A DNA stretch of 32,000 nucleotides from Thermoproteus tenax Kra 1. GTDB taxonomy: Archaea > Thermoproteota > Thermoprotei > Thermoproteales > Thermoproteaceae. The stretch spans positions 180,001 through 212,000 of the forward strand of contig NC_016070.1 in the NCBI RefSeq assembly GCF_000253055.1, written 5' to 3'. The translations under genes and the position numbers were made by a program. The stretch's first letter is position 1. Each line of letters begins with the position of its first letter. Below are positions 8,335-17,508 of the stretch, one piece after another. The notes below the pieces were generated by a model, which searched no databases, had not been told where the DNA came from, and worked only from the letters and a program-made list of their open reading frames with translations.

Positions 8335-9065
8335 GGCCTCTGTTGGAGGCGGCGAGAGGGAGGTTGAGCGACAGGAGGGTCATAGCCGTTGTAGCAGGTA
8401 AGGGCGGAGTGGGCAAGAGCATCGTGGCGGCCCTCCTGGCCCTTAAACGCCGGGCCCCCCTCGTGGATTTGGACCTCTTCGGCATGGCCGTCCCGAGGCT
8501 CTTCGGTTTGACGGGCAGACTACACGAGGTCGGCAAAGAGGGCATTGAGCCGCTCCAGGTGGGCGGGATCAAGATATTCAGCCTCGGCGGAATCGTCGGA
8601 GATAGGTACGTGGTGTTGCCTGGGTCTAACCAGGGCGGCATCGTGGAGGCGTTGCTCGCCTTCCTCAAGCTAGGGCCTGAGGACAGAGAGGTGGTCGTGG
8701 ATATGCCCCCCGGCATGGGCGAGGAGCTCCTGAGCTTGAGCAGAGTCACTAAATTCACACCGGTGGTGGTCTCGACGCCCTCGGCCGCCTCATACGGCGT
8801 TGTGAAGAACTTGGTGGACTACTTGGGGGAGATAGGCTTGAGGCCCGCGGCGGTGGCCCTCAACATGGCCTATGTCGAATGCGGCGGGCAGAAGGTCTAC
8901 CCATTCGGCTCAGGCGAGCGCGTGAGGATACTCGCCGAAAGTCTCGGCGTGCCCCTAGTGGAGATCCCCATAGAGCCTAGGCTGGAGGAGTACATAGGGA
9001 GGATCCACGAGTACAGAGGCCCTCTGGCTGACGCAGTGGGGAGGCTCTCGGAGGCTATCCGTTAG
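8331..9065 (+). CDS. Mrp/MinD-family P-loop ATPase, likely archaeal-type HypB
   Basis: Deviant Walker A VAGKGGVGKS, PLVDLDLFG, VVDMPPGMGEE; ATGA overlap with hypA (8331-8334). Confidence 0.85.
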   Translation: MRPLLEAARGRLSDRRVIAVVAGKGGVGKSIVAALLALKRRAPLVDLDLFGMAVPRLFGLTGRLHEVGKEGIEPLQVGGIKIFSLGGIVGDRYVVLPGSNQGGIVEALLAFLKLGPEDREVVVDMPPGMGEELLSLSRVTKFTPVVVSTPSAASYGVVKNLVDYLGEIGLRPAAVALNMAYVECGGQKVYPFGSGERVRILAESLGVPLVEIPIEPRLEEYIGRIHEYRGPLADAVGRLSEAIR

Positions 9066-10257
9066 CCCTCCACTGCTCTTGTTCATATCTATCTCGTAGA
9101 ATGGATCTGGCCGCGCTCTCCTCGCCTAAATAGAAGGCGTGCTCCGGCAGAAGCTTCGCGGCCTCTCTCCTCAGCGTCGCGCGGTCGGCGCTTAGGATGC
9201 GCCAGAGGACGCCGTCGGGCGTATAGTGGCTGATCGAGTCGCCGGCCAAGACGAAATTGCCGCGGGGGTCGTAGACCTCCCGTGAGTAGGCCGCGCGCCA
9301 CTCCCTCTCCACAACTCCTTGGGCCAGATCGAGGGACTCCTCGGATATATGCGCTATCATCACGTAGGTCAACAAGCCTGGCTCGAGCCCCTCCCTTGCG
9401 GCCGCAGAGCGCAAGGCCTCCTCTGCGTCAGCCAAGTCGCGGGGCCAGACGTTGACGACATCGTAGTCGCCGAGATATATCGCGGCGTTTAGGTAGCGCC
9501 CGTGCCTCCATACAAGTGCGCCAAGACAAGGGGGTCTCGTCTCGCCGGAGGCCAGCGCCGCGCCTCCGCACGTCCGGCGCACATCTCCCGGCCCCTCCCT
9601 CCTTGGGGCTCCGAAGACCCCCAACTGGGCGACTATGGGGGCCTTGAGGCCCGCCTCCCAACCCCCGTAGGTCATAACATAGTCCAACACCTTTATCCAT
9701 AGATATCGCGGCGATGTGTCGTAGACTATGCCCCAGCCGGCGGGCGCGGGAGATCCCAGAGTCCGCCTCGGCGGTTGGAGCGCCACCTCTATCTTTTCTC
9801 TGGGCCCCCTCGGCTTGTACCTCCTCCTTATCTCCTCGGCGAGCGCCGCCTCGTCCCCGTAGAGGTCCCTCAGATCTAAAACTTCGACGCCCAACTGAGA
9901 GAGAACCTCGCAGGGCACCCTAGCCCATTCGCCGCACCGCCCCCTGAGGGCCTCTATTAGGGCCTCGCCGGACTTTGTGAGGTCGGGCCCGTAGACTATG
10001 ACGAGGTCTATCCTCAGACGCCTGGAGGCCAAGTCGGCCAATATATAGTTTACGCCGTCTTTGCTGTAGAGGGAGCTCGCGAGAGCTACCATATTTCTCA
10101 CATCTGGGGGAAGCCTCTGGAGGATCTCCTCGGGCTTTGCCCAGAGCGTGATCAAGGCGATGTTGCTCTCGGCGTTGATCTCAATCACGTAGTCTGGAGA
10201 GACGGAGTATTTGAGCCCACCCGCCGGCGATCTATATAGCTCGGCGATATGGCACAA
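9055..10257 (-). CDS. Divergent thymidylate synthase (ThyA)-like protein
   Basis: C-terminal RPPCLGALVWRHGRYLNAAIYLGDYDVVNVWPRDL...GLEPGLLTYVMIAHI resembles the ThyA catalytic-Cys / RSxD / asparagine region. TTG start at 10257; an internal start is possible. Confidence 0.55.
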   Translation of the reverse strand: MCHIAELYRSPAGGLKYSVSPDYVIEINAESNIALITLWAKPEEILQRLPPDVRNMVALASSLYSKDGVNYILADLASRRLRIDLVIVYGPDLTKSGEALIEALRGRCGEWARVPCEVLSQLGVEVLDLRDLYGDEAALAEEIRRRYKPRGPREKIEVALQPPRRTLGSPAPAGWGIVYDTSPRYLWIKVLDYVMTYGGWEAGLKAPIVAQLGVFGAPRREGPGDVRRTCGGAALASGETRPPCLGALVWRHGRYLNAAIYLGDYDVVNVWPRDLADAEEALRSAAAREGLEPGLLTYVMIAHISEESLDLAQGVVEREWRAAYSREVYDPRGNFVLAGDSISHYTPDGVLWRILSADRATLRREAAKLLPEHAFYLGEESAARSILRDRYEQEQWRANG

Positions 10258-10268
10258 TGTTTATATAG

Positions 10269-11873
10269 ATGGGGGTTCACCCCACTTATGCCGGGGATCG
10301 GGTCCAAGTTCTCGACACGACGTTGAGAGACGGCGCACAGGGCGCCAGCGTCTCCTTCACGCTAAAGGACAAGATAGCCATCGCGTTGAAGCTCGACGAG
10401 TTGGGCGTAGACTATATAGAGGGAGGCTGGCCCTACTCGAATCCTAAGGACTATGAATTCTTCAGGTCTATCAAGGAGTACGGCCTCAGAGCCAAGGTGG
10501 CGGCCTTCGGGAGCACTAGGAGGAAGGGCGTGAGGCCCGACAAAGACGAGAATTTAAACTCCATAGTGAAGGCCGATGTCCAGGCCGCAGTGATATTCGG
10601 CAAGTCCTGGACGCTCCACGTGAGGGAGGTGTTGGGCACTACGTGGGAGGAGAACTTGGCTATGATATCGGAGAGCGTCGAGTACCTCAAATCGCACGGC
10701 ATGGAGGTGGTCTACGACGCCGAACACTTCTTCCAAGGATACCAGGAGGACCCGGAGATGGCTCTGGCCTCCATAGAGGCCGCGTGGAGGGCCGGGGCCA
10801 GCGTGATCGCTCTAGCTGACACCAACGGCGGAACTCCCCCCAGCGAGATCTACAGAATAGTCCAGGAGGTGAAGAGGAGGTTCCCCGCCATGCCCCTCGG
10901 CGCCCACATGCACAACGACATAGGATGCGCCGTAGCCAACACGCTGATGGCTGTGGCGGCAGGCGCCAGACATGTGCAGGGGACTATAAACGGGATAGGC
11001 GAGCGCACTGGAAACGCCGATCTCACGGCCGTCCTGCCAACGTTGGAGCTGAAGATGGGCTTCAAGGTCTTGAGGGAGGAGCCCCCGCAGATCAAGTTCG
11101 GCAGATTGAGGGAGGTATCGCGCCTAGTGTACGAGGTCTTGAACGTGCAGCCGAACCCCTACCAGCCCTACGTGGGCGACTTCGCCTTTGCCCACAAGGG
11201 CGGAGTCCACGCAGACGCCGTCATGAAGGTCCCAAGGGCGTATGAGCATATAGACCCCGAGCTGGTCGGAAACAGGAGAGTCATTGTAGTCTCTGAGATG
11301 GCCGGAGGGGCTAGCTTGGCGCTCAGATTGAGCGAGTTGGGCATATCTGCCGAGAAGAGGGATCCGAGGCTCAAGGCAGCTCTGGAGGAGATAAAGAGGC
11401 TGGAGAGAGAGGGCTACTCCTTCGACGTGGGACCTGCGTCGGCCGAGCTCATAGTGTTAAAGCACTTGGGCCTCTACCGAGAGATGTTCAAGCTGAAGGA
11501 GTGGCGCGTTATCACCGGCCCCACGAGCGCCTCATATGCAGTGGTCAAAGTGGCCATCGGGGGGATAGACTACGTCGAGGGCGCCGAGGGCGTGGGGCCT
11601 GTTCACGCGGTCGATATGGCTCTGAGGAAGGCGCTCGCCAAGGCGTTCCCAGACCTCCAGAGGGTCGCTCTAAGGGACTATAAAGTCATTCTGCCGACGC
11701 TCGTGAAGAACACCGAGAGCGTAGTCAGAGTCACCGTGGAGTTCTCCGACGGTTCAAGAGTCTGGAGGACGGTGGGAGTTTCGACAAACGTCGTTGAGGC
11801 GTCGGTCAAAGCGCTGGCCGACGGCTTGGACTACTATCTACAGGTGGCCTCCTTGGCTGTTGCAAAAATCTAG
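10269..11873 (+). CDS. cimA: HMGL-like synthase, probable citramalate synthase (CimA) / 2-isopropylmalate synthase family
   Basis: VLDTTLRDGAQG, EGGWPYSNPKD, ALADTNGGTPP, HMHNDIGCAVAN, NGIGERTGNADL, C-terminal LeuA-like regulatory domain. Citramalate versus isopropylmalate specificity not proven. Confidence 0.82.
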   Translation: MGVHPTYAGDRVQVLDTTLRDGAQGASVSFTLKDKIAIALKLDELGVDYIEGGWPYSNPKDYEFFRSIKEYGLRAKVAAFGSTRRKGVRPDKDENLNSIVKADVQAAVIFGKSWTLHVREVLGTTWEENLAMISESVEYLKSHGMEVVYDAEHFFQGYQEDPEMALASIEAAWRAGASVIALADTNGGTPPSEIYRIVQEVKRRFPAMPLGAHMHNDIGCAVANTLMAVAAGARHVQGTINGIGERTGNADLTAVLPTLELKMGFKVLREEPPQIKFGRLREVSRLVYEVLNVQPNPYQPYVGDFAFAHKGGVHADAVMKVPRAYEHIDPELVGNRRVIVVSEMAGGASLALRLSELGISAEKRDPRLKAALEEIKRLEREGYSFDVGPASAELIVLKHLGLYREMFKLKEWRVITGPTSASYAVVKVAIGGIDYVEGAEGVGPVHAVDMALRKALAKAFPDLQRVALRDYKVILPTLVKNTESVVRVTVEFSDGSRVWRTVGVSTNVVEASVKALADGLDYYLQVASLAVAKI

Positions 11874-11945
11874 ACTCAACTATAATTTTAGATAACAATG
11901 AATTACTGCATAGAATATTTTTACTATTTACAAAGTACTTTCAAA

Positions 11946-11953
11946 ATATTTAA
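11946..11953 (+). promoter_or_regulatory. TATA box of the complex I-like gene block
   Basis: ATATTTAA centred about 26 nt upstream of ATG 11976, consistent with a leaderless transcript. Confidence 0.55.
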
Positions 11954-11975
11954 AACGAGGCGTAGTGGGCTCACT

Positions 11976-12374
11976 ATGGAGGTTCTATTCTTAATCTTAT
12001 CAATACTGGGGACGACCGCGATACTCATCACCAGGGACAACGTCCTCGCCGCTTTTTCTCTACTGGGTATAGGGATCGCCGTGGCGGGCTACGCAGCGGC
12101 CATGGGGTTGCCGGCGCTCTTCCTGTTGGTGGCCCTAGCCTATATCGCCTCGGCGTTAGTCCTTGTCATAGTCGCCGCCGCTGCCATTTCGGAGGACAAG
12201 GTTAAGACGAGGCTGACGCCGTACGCGGCGCTGCCACTCTTGCTTCTGTTTGCGTTGTTGCTCCCGGAGGGCCCCACCCTTAAGGCGGCTTTGCCGGACT
12301 CCCAAGTTCTCTACCCGTCGGCGGCCTTCATCCTCTTTATGTTGTTAATAGCAGTTGAGCTGGCCAGGAGATGA
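11976..12374 (+). CDS. nuoJ: Complex I-like subunit J
   Basis: Hydrophobic protein with NuoJ-like layout (GLPALFLLVALAYIASALVLVIVAAA), directly before a NuoK-like gene. Start chosen at MEVLFL. Confidence 0.75.
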   Translation: MEVLFLILSILGTTAILITRDNVLAAFSLLGIGIAVAGYAAAMGLPALFLLVALAYIASALVLVIVAAAAISEDKVKTRLTPYAALPLLLLFALLLPEGPTLKAALPDSQVLYPSAAFILFMLLIAVELARR

Positions 12375-12589
12375 CGCTCGCCCTCCTGCTCATAGCCCTC
12401 GGCTTGATAGTGATAATGGCGTCGAGAGATAGAATCAGGACGATAATAGGCGCCGAGCTGGCCGTGCTTGGGGCTATAGCGGCGGCCATAAGCTCGGGCG
12501 ATGCGAACATGGCGGCCGTCGCGTCGGCCGTGGGAGTCGCAGACACGCTCATGCTAGTGGCCGCCGCCTTCAAGCTGAGCCATGATTGA
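12371..12589 (+). CDS. nuoK: Complex I-like subunit K
   Basis: 72 aa, three TM segments, GAELAVLGAI and DTLMLVAAAFKLSHD match NuoK architecture; ATGA overlap with nuoJ. Confidence 0.8.
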   Translation: MTLALLLIALGLIVIMASRDRIRTIIGAELAVLGAIAAAISSGDANMAAVASAVGVADTLMLVAAAFKLSHD

Positions 12590-13823
12590 CGCGCTGATCT
12601 TCATAGGCGTAGTAGCACTGGCTTTATTGGGGCTTAGGCTGGGCCTGGCGCCCTCCCTGGCCTCAGTCGCTCTGTCGTTGCTCCTGTTGGGCAGAGAGAT
12701 CGACATACCGCCGTTGCCATATATCGGAGCCGCCAAGATGTACTTCGGCGGTCTCGCCGAGCCGTTTATAGCGACTACTGCCGCATTGGGCGTGTTAGTC
12801 CTCGTCTACTCTAGGGAGTACGCCAGACACCACGGATACGGGCCTTGGTTCTACGGCGTATTGGCTCTATACGTGATCTCTCTGGAGCTGATACCGGCGT
12901 TCGACAATCTGATATACGTCTTTATAGCGCTGGAGCTGGCCGTTATCACCAGCTTTATCTTGATCTATTATTTTGGGTACGGCGACAGGAGGAGGATAGG
13001 CCTTATGTACTTTATATGGTCCCAGATAGGCTCTATAGCCTTCCTAATAGGCGCCGCGCTGTCCGGGGCCTTCCTACCGCCCTACACCCTCGCCTTGCTT
13101 CCAGCCTCCTTGGCGGTGTTGGGCCTCCTCGTGAAGATGGGCACAGCCGGAGTGCACTTCTGGCTCCCCTACGCACACGCCGAGGCTCCAACCCCGCTCT
13201 CAGCTCTGCTGTCGCCGATCCACGTGGGGCTCATGTCGTATTGGCTCTACCTCCTCCTCCCCGCCACTCCTCTGCCGGCCCGCGACCTTGCCCTCTACGG
13301 GGCAGCAACCGCCATCTACGGCTCATTGCTCGTGTTCAGAGAGCTCGACCTAAAGAGGGCCCTCGCGGATTCCACGATAGCCAACATGGGCCTCCTGGTC
13401 GTGGCTGCAGCGCTGCGCGACTACAGCGCCGTCGTATTGTTGTTCGTTGGACACGCCCTGGCCAAGGCCGCCATGTTCATGGTGTCAGGCATAGGCATAA
13501 CCACTCAGAACGAGAGGAGGTTGGGCTATATGAAATTGGATAGATGGACCTTCGTGGGCTCGGCCTTGGGGCTAGTGGCCCTCGCCGGCGTTTTCGGGAT
13601 AACCCTCGTGGGCAAGGCCCTTCTGGCCGTGTCCTCGCCCAGCTCTCTGGCGCCCGCGCTCTATCTCGCTCTGTTTGCCACTGCGGTCTACAACTTCTAT
13701 ATCTTTGACAGACTGTACAGAGTGGGCAAGTCGGAGGTCGCCGCGCCGGTCTCCATGGCCGTGCCCATGATCTTGGCGTCAGCGCTTCCCTACGTCCTCT
13801 TGCTGGCGGCGCCATGGATATAG
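12582..13823 (+). CDS. Complex I-like antiporter subunit (NuoM/L family)
   Basis: FIALELAVITSFILIYY and GLLVKMGTAGVHFWLPYAHAEAPTPLSALLSPIHVGLMSYW; polytopic. Confidence 0.85.
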   Translation: MIDALIFIGVVALALLGLRLGLAPSLASVALSLLLLGREIDIPPLPYIGAAKMYFGGLAEPFIATTAALGVLVLVYSREYARHHGYGPWFYGVLALYVISLELIPAFDNLIYVFIALELAVITSFILIYYFGYGDRRRIGLMYFIWSQIGSIAFLIGAALSGAFLPPYTLALLPASLAVLGLLVKMGTAGVHFWLPYAHAEAPTPLSALLSPIHVGLMSYWLYLLLPATPLPARDLALYGAATAIYGSLLVFRELDLKRALADSTIANMGLLVVAAALRDYSAVVLLFVGHALAKAAMFMVSGIGITTQNERRLGYMKLDRWTFVGSALGLVALAGVFGITLVGKALLAVSSPSSLAPALYLALFATAVYNFYIFDRLYRVGKSEVAAPVSMAVPMILASALPYVLLLAAPWI

Positions 13824-15379
13824 CCCCGATACTCCCCTTCGTCGGAGCCGCCGTAGACTCTTTAACTAAAAGGGGCGCCGGCGCAGTGGCCGTCGCCGCG
13901 ATTCTGACGGCTCTCTCGGGCCTGGGGAACAGTCTCCTGTTCCTCCTGAACTCCGTGTTTCTGCTCACTGCGCTGTACTCCCTCTGGTATGTCAGGGACG
14001 TGGAGAGGCCCGGCTGGTATTGGGCTTGGCTCGACGTCTTCTACGGCTCTATGTACTTGTTCTTGACTACAAACAACTGGTTGGCCCTTGTGGCCGCGTG
14101 GGGAGGCCTAGACGCGGCGAGCTGGGCCCTCATATTGACCTACCCCGAGGACAGGGATGTGGGAAGGGTGGGCTACGGAGGGGTCGGCAAATACGCCAAG
14201 TGGATCTGGACGCCCGCAGACTCCGCGATGAGGGCCATAGTGACTGTGGAGCTCGGCACAGCCGCTCTGGCTGTAGGCATGGCCCTCGGCGCATCGCTGT
14301 ATGGCCCCGACATCACCAGGTGGGGCCCGCTGCCGCCCACAGCCTCAGCGCTCATCTTGTTGGCCGCTTTCGTTAAAGCCGCCCAACTGCCCTTTACAGA
14401 CTGGCTCATGACCGCCATGTCTGCCCCGACTCCAGTATCGGCGTTGCTCCACAGCGCGACTATGGTCGCCGCAGGCCCCATACTCTTGATAAGGCTCGCC
14501 CCGGCACTGGCCTCCTATTGGCCCTATGCCCTCATCGTAGGCCTCGCCACGGCCATCTACGGAGGAGTGGTGGCTATATGGCAGAGGGAGCCCAAGGTGC
14601 TGCTCGCCTCATCCACCGCGTCCTATCTGGGCCTCGCTACAGCCTTCTCTCTGGCGAGCCCCGCCGCCGCGGCCGCCCTAATAATGATGCACGGCTTTGC
14701 CAAGGCCTCTCTGTTTATGGCTGTAGGAGAGTCGATACACCACGAGGGCACGAGGTTCCCCAAGTCTTACACTCTATTGGGCAAGGCTGCTATGGCGCTC
14801 GCTCTGGCGTCCCTCCTGGGCTTCCTCCCCTTAGGCGCTTACGCTAAATCCCAACTGCCGGAGTGGGAGACCGCCTTCTCCCTCTTGAGCGCGGGCTACA
14901 TAGGGATTCTACTCCTCCGCTCCCGCACTGAGGGCCTCGGAGGCCCTATGTCCGCGCTCGCCTTGATCTCAGCCGCCCTGGAGCTTCTACACGCCCCAAT
15001 CGCTCCCAGCCCCATCTGGCTTCTCGCTTTACTCGGGCTCTTGCTCTACATGAGGCCCCACGTAGGTCCCCTTGAGAGGAGGCTCTACCTCCCGGCACTC
15101 TTCTCGGCGGTTGGGAGAGGCCTCCTCGCGCTCGCCCTAGCGGTGGCCAGACTCGACTCCTTGATAGACAGAGGCCTCCTCGCATCGCCGCGCGGGTGGT
15201 ACAGGCTTGCGAGGGCAGTGGCAGCGTTGGACGGAGCGGCGGATAGCCTCCTCCACATGCGCTTCGTTGACGCCGTGAGGAGGATATCGACGTACTTCTC
15301 GAGCGTTGACGTCGAAGTGTACCTCTACGGCTTGGGCGCCGCCGCGCTCGCAGTATTCGTGGTGTTGGTAGTGATATGA
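13814..15379 (+). CDS. Complex I-like antiporter subunit (NuoL family)
   Basis: AAFVKAAQLPFTDWLMTAMSAPTPVSALLHSATMVAAGPILLIR; 521 aa polytopic. Confidence 0.87.
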   Translation: MDIAPILPFVGAAVDSLTKRGAGAVAVAAILTALSGLGNSLLFLLNSVFLLTALYSLWYVRDVERPGWYWAWLDVFYGSMYLFLTTNNWLALVAAWGGLDAASWALILTYPEDRDVGRVGYGGVGKYAKWIWTPADSAMRAIVTVELGTAALAVGMALGASLYGPDITRWGPLPPTASALILLAAFVKAAQLPFTDWLMTAMSAPTPVSALLHSATMVAAGPILLIRLAPALASYWPYALIVGLATAIYGGVVAIWQREPKVLLASSTASYLGLATAFSLASPAAAAALIMMHGFAKASLFMAVGESIHHEGTRFPKSYTLLGKAAMALALASLLGFLPLGAYAKSQLPEWETAFSLLSAGYIGILLLRSRTEGLGGPMSALALISAALELLHAPIAPSPIWLLALLGLLLYMRPHVGPLERRLYLPALFSAVGRGLLALALAVARLDSLIDRGLLASPRGWYRLARAVAALDGAADSLLHMRFVDAVRRISTYFSSVDVEVYLYGLGAAALAVFVVLVVI

Positions 15380-16476
15380 TCGGCCCGCTCCTCCCGACCT
15401 ATGTGTTTTTGCGTAGGGCGGCCAAATCTGGGGCACTGGCGCTGGCCTTGGACGTGGCCGTCTTCGCATACGCAGGCTACCTCTTGCTCTCAAGATCCCC
15501 TCTCTTGGTCGCGCTCGCGGCGCCCTACGTCATCGCCCCCCTCTTGGTGTCTCGGGGGCCCCTACGCGTCTACTCAGGCCTTGCCTCGGCGTTGGGCCTC
15601 CTCGGGGTCCTCCTCATGGCGCAGCCTCAGTTATACTATCAGGCCATAGGCTTCGCCATCGCCGTATCTTCGCCCGGCGCAGTCCTCGTCGCTACGCCGG
15701 ACAAGGGAAGCCTTGAGGGCCTCTTCAGATACTTCGTGGTTTCGACAGTCGCCAGCTCCCTCGTGGTGGCGGGCCTGTCGGGGGGCGGCCCGTTGGGCTC
15801 GGTGTTTGTGTTCTCGGGCATCGCGCTAGAGCTAGGGGCCTTTCCCGCCTTCTTCTGGGTACCCGACGTCTTCTCCAGAGCCTCGCCGGAGGGCTTAGTC
15901 TTGTTGTCCAGCTTGACCAAGTTGGGCGCAGCGCTCGCGTTGTCGCTTTTATCCTTCGACGTGCCTCCCTACGTTACAGTGCCCCTAGCCGCGGCCACCA
16001 TGTTGGTGGGCAACCTGGGGGCCACGACCAGCAGAGAGCCCGGCAGACTCCTCGGCTACGCCTCAGTCTACCACGCGGGTTTAGCTATAGCGGCCTACGC
16101 CTTGTATAAGCCTCTCGCCCCGTTCTTGATGTTCGCCGATGCAGTGGGCATGATGGGCTTGTTCTCCTACTTGGCCTCGCCAGGCCCCAAGTGGACTGCG
16201 TACGCGCTCGCCTTGAACCAAGTGGGAGTTCCGCCGTTGGTGGGCTTTTGGCCAAAGCTTGCGTTATTTGTGTTGGCCGCAAGGGCCAACCTCCCGCTGG
16301 CGATCTACGTTTTGGGCAACGTGGCCTGGTCAATAGTCTACTACGTCAGACTTGCGTCCTCCTTGGAGGGCGGCAGAAGGGCGCTGGCGGTGGCGCCATC
16401 TCTGTTTGCCTTGGCCTTAGGCTTGGCGGCGCCCCTCTGGCTTCTACCGCCGTTCTCTTTACTGTTGCACCATTAA
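15376..16476 (+). CDS. Complex I-like antiporter subunit (NuoN-like, divergent)
   Basis: GIALELGAFPAFFWVPDVFSRASPEGLVLLSSLTKLGAAL resembles the NuoN TM7/8 region; 4-bp overlap with the preceding nuoL-like gene. Confidence 0.72.
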   Translation: MIGPLLPTYVFLRRAAKSGALALALDVAVFAYAGYLLLSRSPLLVALAAPYVIAPLLVSRGPLRVYSGLASALGLLGVLLMAQPQLYYQAIGFAIAVSSPGAVLVATPDKGSLEGLFRYFVVSTVASSLVVAGLSGGGPLGSVFVFSGIALELGAFPAFFWVPDVFSRASPEGLVLLSSLTKLGAALALSLLSFDVPPYVTVPLAAATMLVGNLGATTSREPGRLLGYASVYHAGLAIAAYALYKPLAPFLMFADAVGMMGLFSYLASPGPKWTAYALALNQVGVPPLVGFWPKLALFVLAARANLPLAIYVLGNVAWSIVYYVRLASSLEGGRRALAVAPSLFALALGLAAPLWLLPPFSLLLHH

Positions 16477-16542
16477 AAATCATTATAATTTCTTTTTTCA
16501 ACATAAAATATAGTCAAATTCTTCCTCAATAAATGAAAAAGG

Positions 16543-16551
16543 TTATTTATA
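16543..16551 (+). promoter_or_regulatory. TATA box for the por genes
   Basis: TTATTTATA about 26 nt upstream of ATG 16573, in the 96-nt AT-rich gap. Confidence 0.55.
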
Positions 16552-16572
16552 GAATCCGACATAATATCTCAT

Positions 16573-17508
16573 ATGAGAATAGATACGGTGTGGATAGGGA
16601 GAGGGGGACAGGGGATAGTCACCGCCGTCTATATCGTGGCCCACGCCTCTATTGCTGACGGCTTTTACGCGTTGGCTAATCCAGAGTTTGGGGCAGAGAG
16701 GAGGGGGGCCCCAGTGAAGGCCTTTCTGAGGATATCCGACACGTTCGAGGACGCCCCGGAGCCCATAAAGACCCCCGATGTGGCCGTGATATTGGACGAT
16801 AAACTGATCGACCCCATGAGGGTAGTCATCGATGCCGTGAAGCCCGGGGGCTACGTCCTAGTCAGCTCCGGCAAAGACCCCGAGAAGGTGGCCGAGCTGA
16901 TCGGGAGAAAGGACGTGAACATAGCCGTAGTGGACGGGATAGGCATAGCCCTGAAACACGTGAAATTGGCGGTGCCCAACGGGCCTATGGTCGGCGTATT
17001 CGCAAGAGTTATGGGCTTCCCCAAGCTTCAGTCGATCAAGGAGGCGATAGAGTCCCAATTGGGCAAAGCCGTGGAGCAGAACTTCGCCGCGGCTGAGGAG
17101 GCCTACAAGACGGCGGTGATAATACCGGCCACTGAGCAGGGCACAGCCAAGGCCGCTGTGGAGATCCCCACGACCTCCGCCTTCTTGACCGGCGACTACG
17201 AGCTGGTGGGGTGGGACAAGATACCTGAGGGCGGTTTGACCTACCCGGGAAGCAGCCTGCGCTATAAGACCGGCTCTTGGCGTGTGGAGAAGCCCATCAT
17301 AGACCACTCCAAGTGTATCATGTGCAGAAAATGTTGGATGTTCTGTCCCGACGACGCCGTGCTGGAGGTATGGCGCGAGACCAAGCTGCCGAGCGGCAGA
17401 GTGGTCAGAGTAAAGGCCATAGACTTCAGCTACGAGTACTGCAAGGGCTGCGGCATATGTGCCGACGTGTGCCCCACTGGGGCAATACAGATGGTTAGAG
17501 AGATATGA
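16573..17508 (+). CDS. Pyruvate/2-oxoacid:ferredoxin oxidoreductase, fused gamma and delta subunits
   Basis: Gamma domain (VWIGRGGQGIVTA...NPEFGAERRGAPVKAFLRISD) fused to a delta 2x[4Fe-4S] domain (CIMCRKCWMFCP...CKGCGICADVCP). Confidence 0.92.
   Translation: MRIDTVWIGRGGQGIVTAVYIVAHASIADGFYALANPEFGAERRGAPVKAFLRISDTFEDAPEPIKTPDVAVILDDKLIDPMRVVIDAVKPGGYVLVSSGKDPEKVAELIGRKDVNIAVVDGIGIALKHVKLAVPNGPMVGVFARVMGFPKLQSIKEAIESQLGKAVEQNFAAAEEAYKTAVIIPATEQGTAKAAVEIPTTSAFLTGDYELVGWDKIPEGGLTYPGSSLRYKTGSWRVEKPIIDHSKCIMCRKCWMFCPDDAVLEVWRETKLPSGRVVRVKAIDFSYEYCKGCGICADVCPTGAIQMVREI

Noticed and set aside
12845-13543. 232-aa plus-strand ORF inside the NuoM-like gene
   Set aside because: Alternative-frame shadow of a clear membrane subunit gene; Arg/Pro-rich with no recognisable domain.
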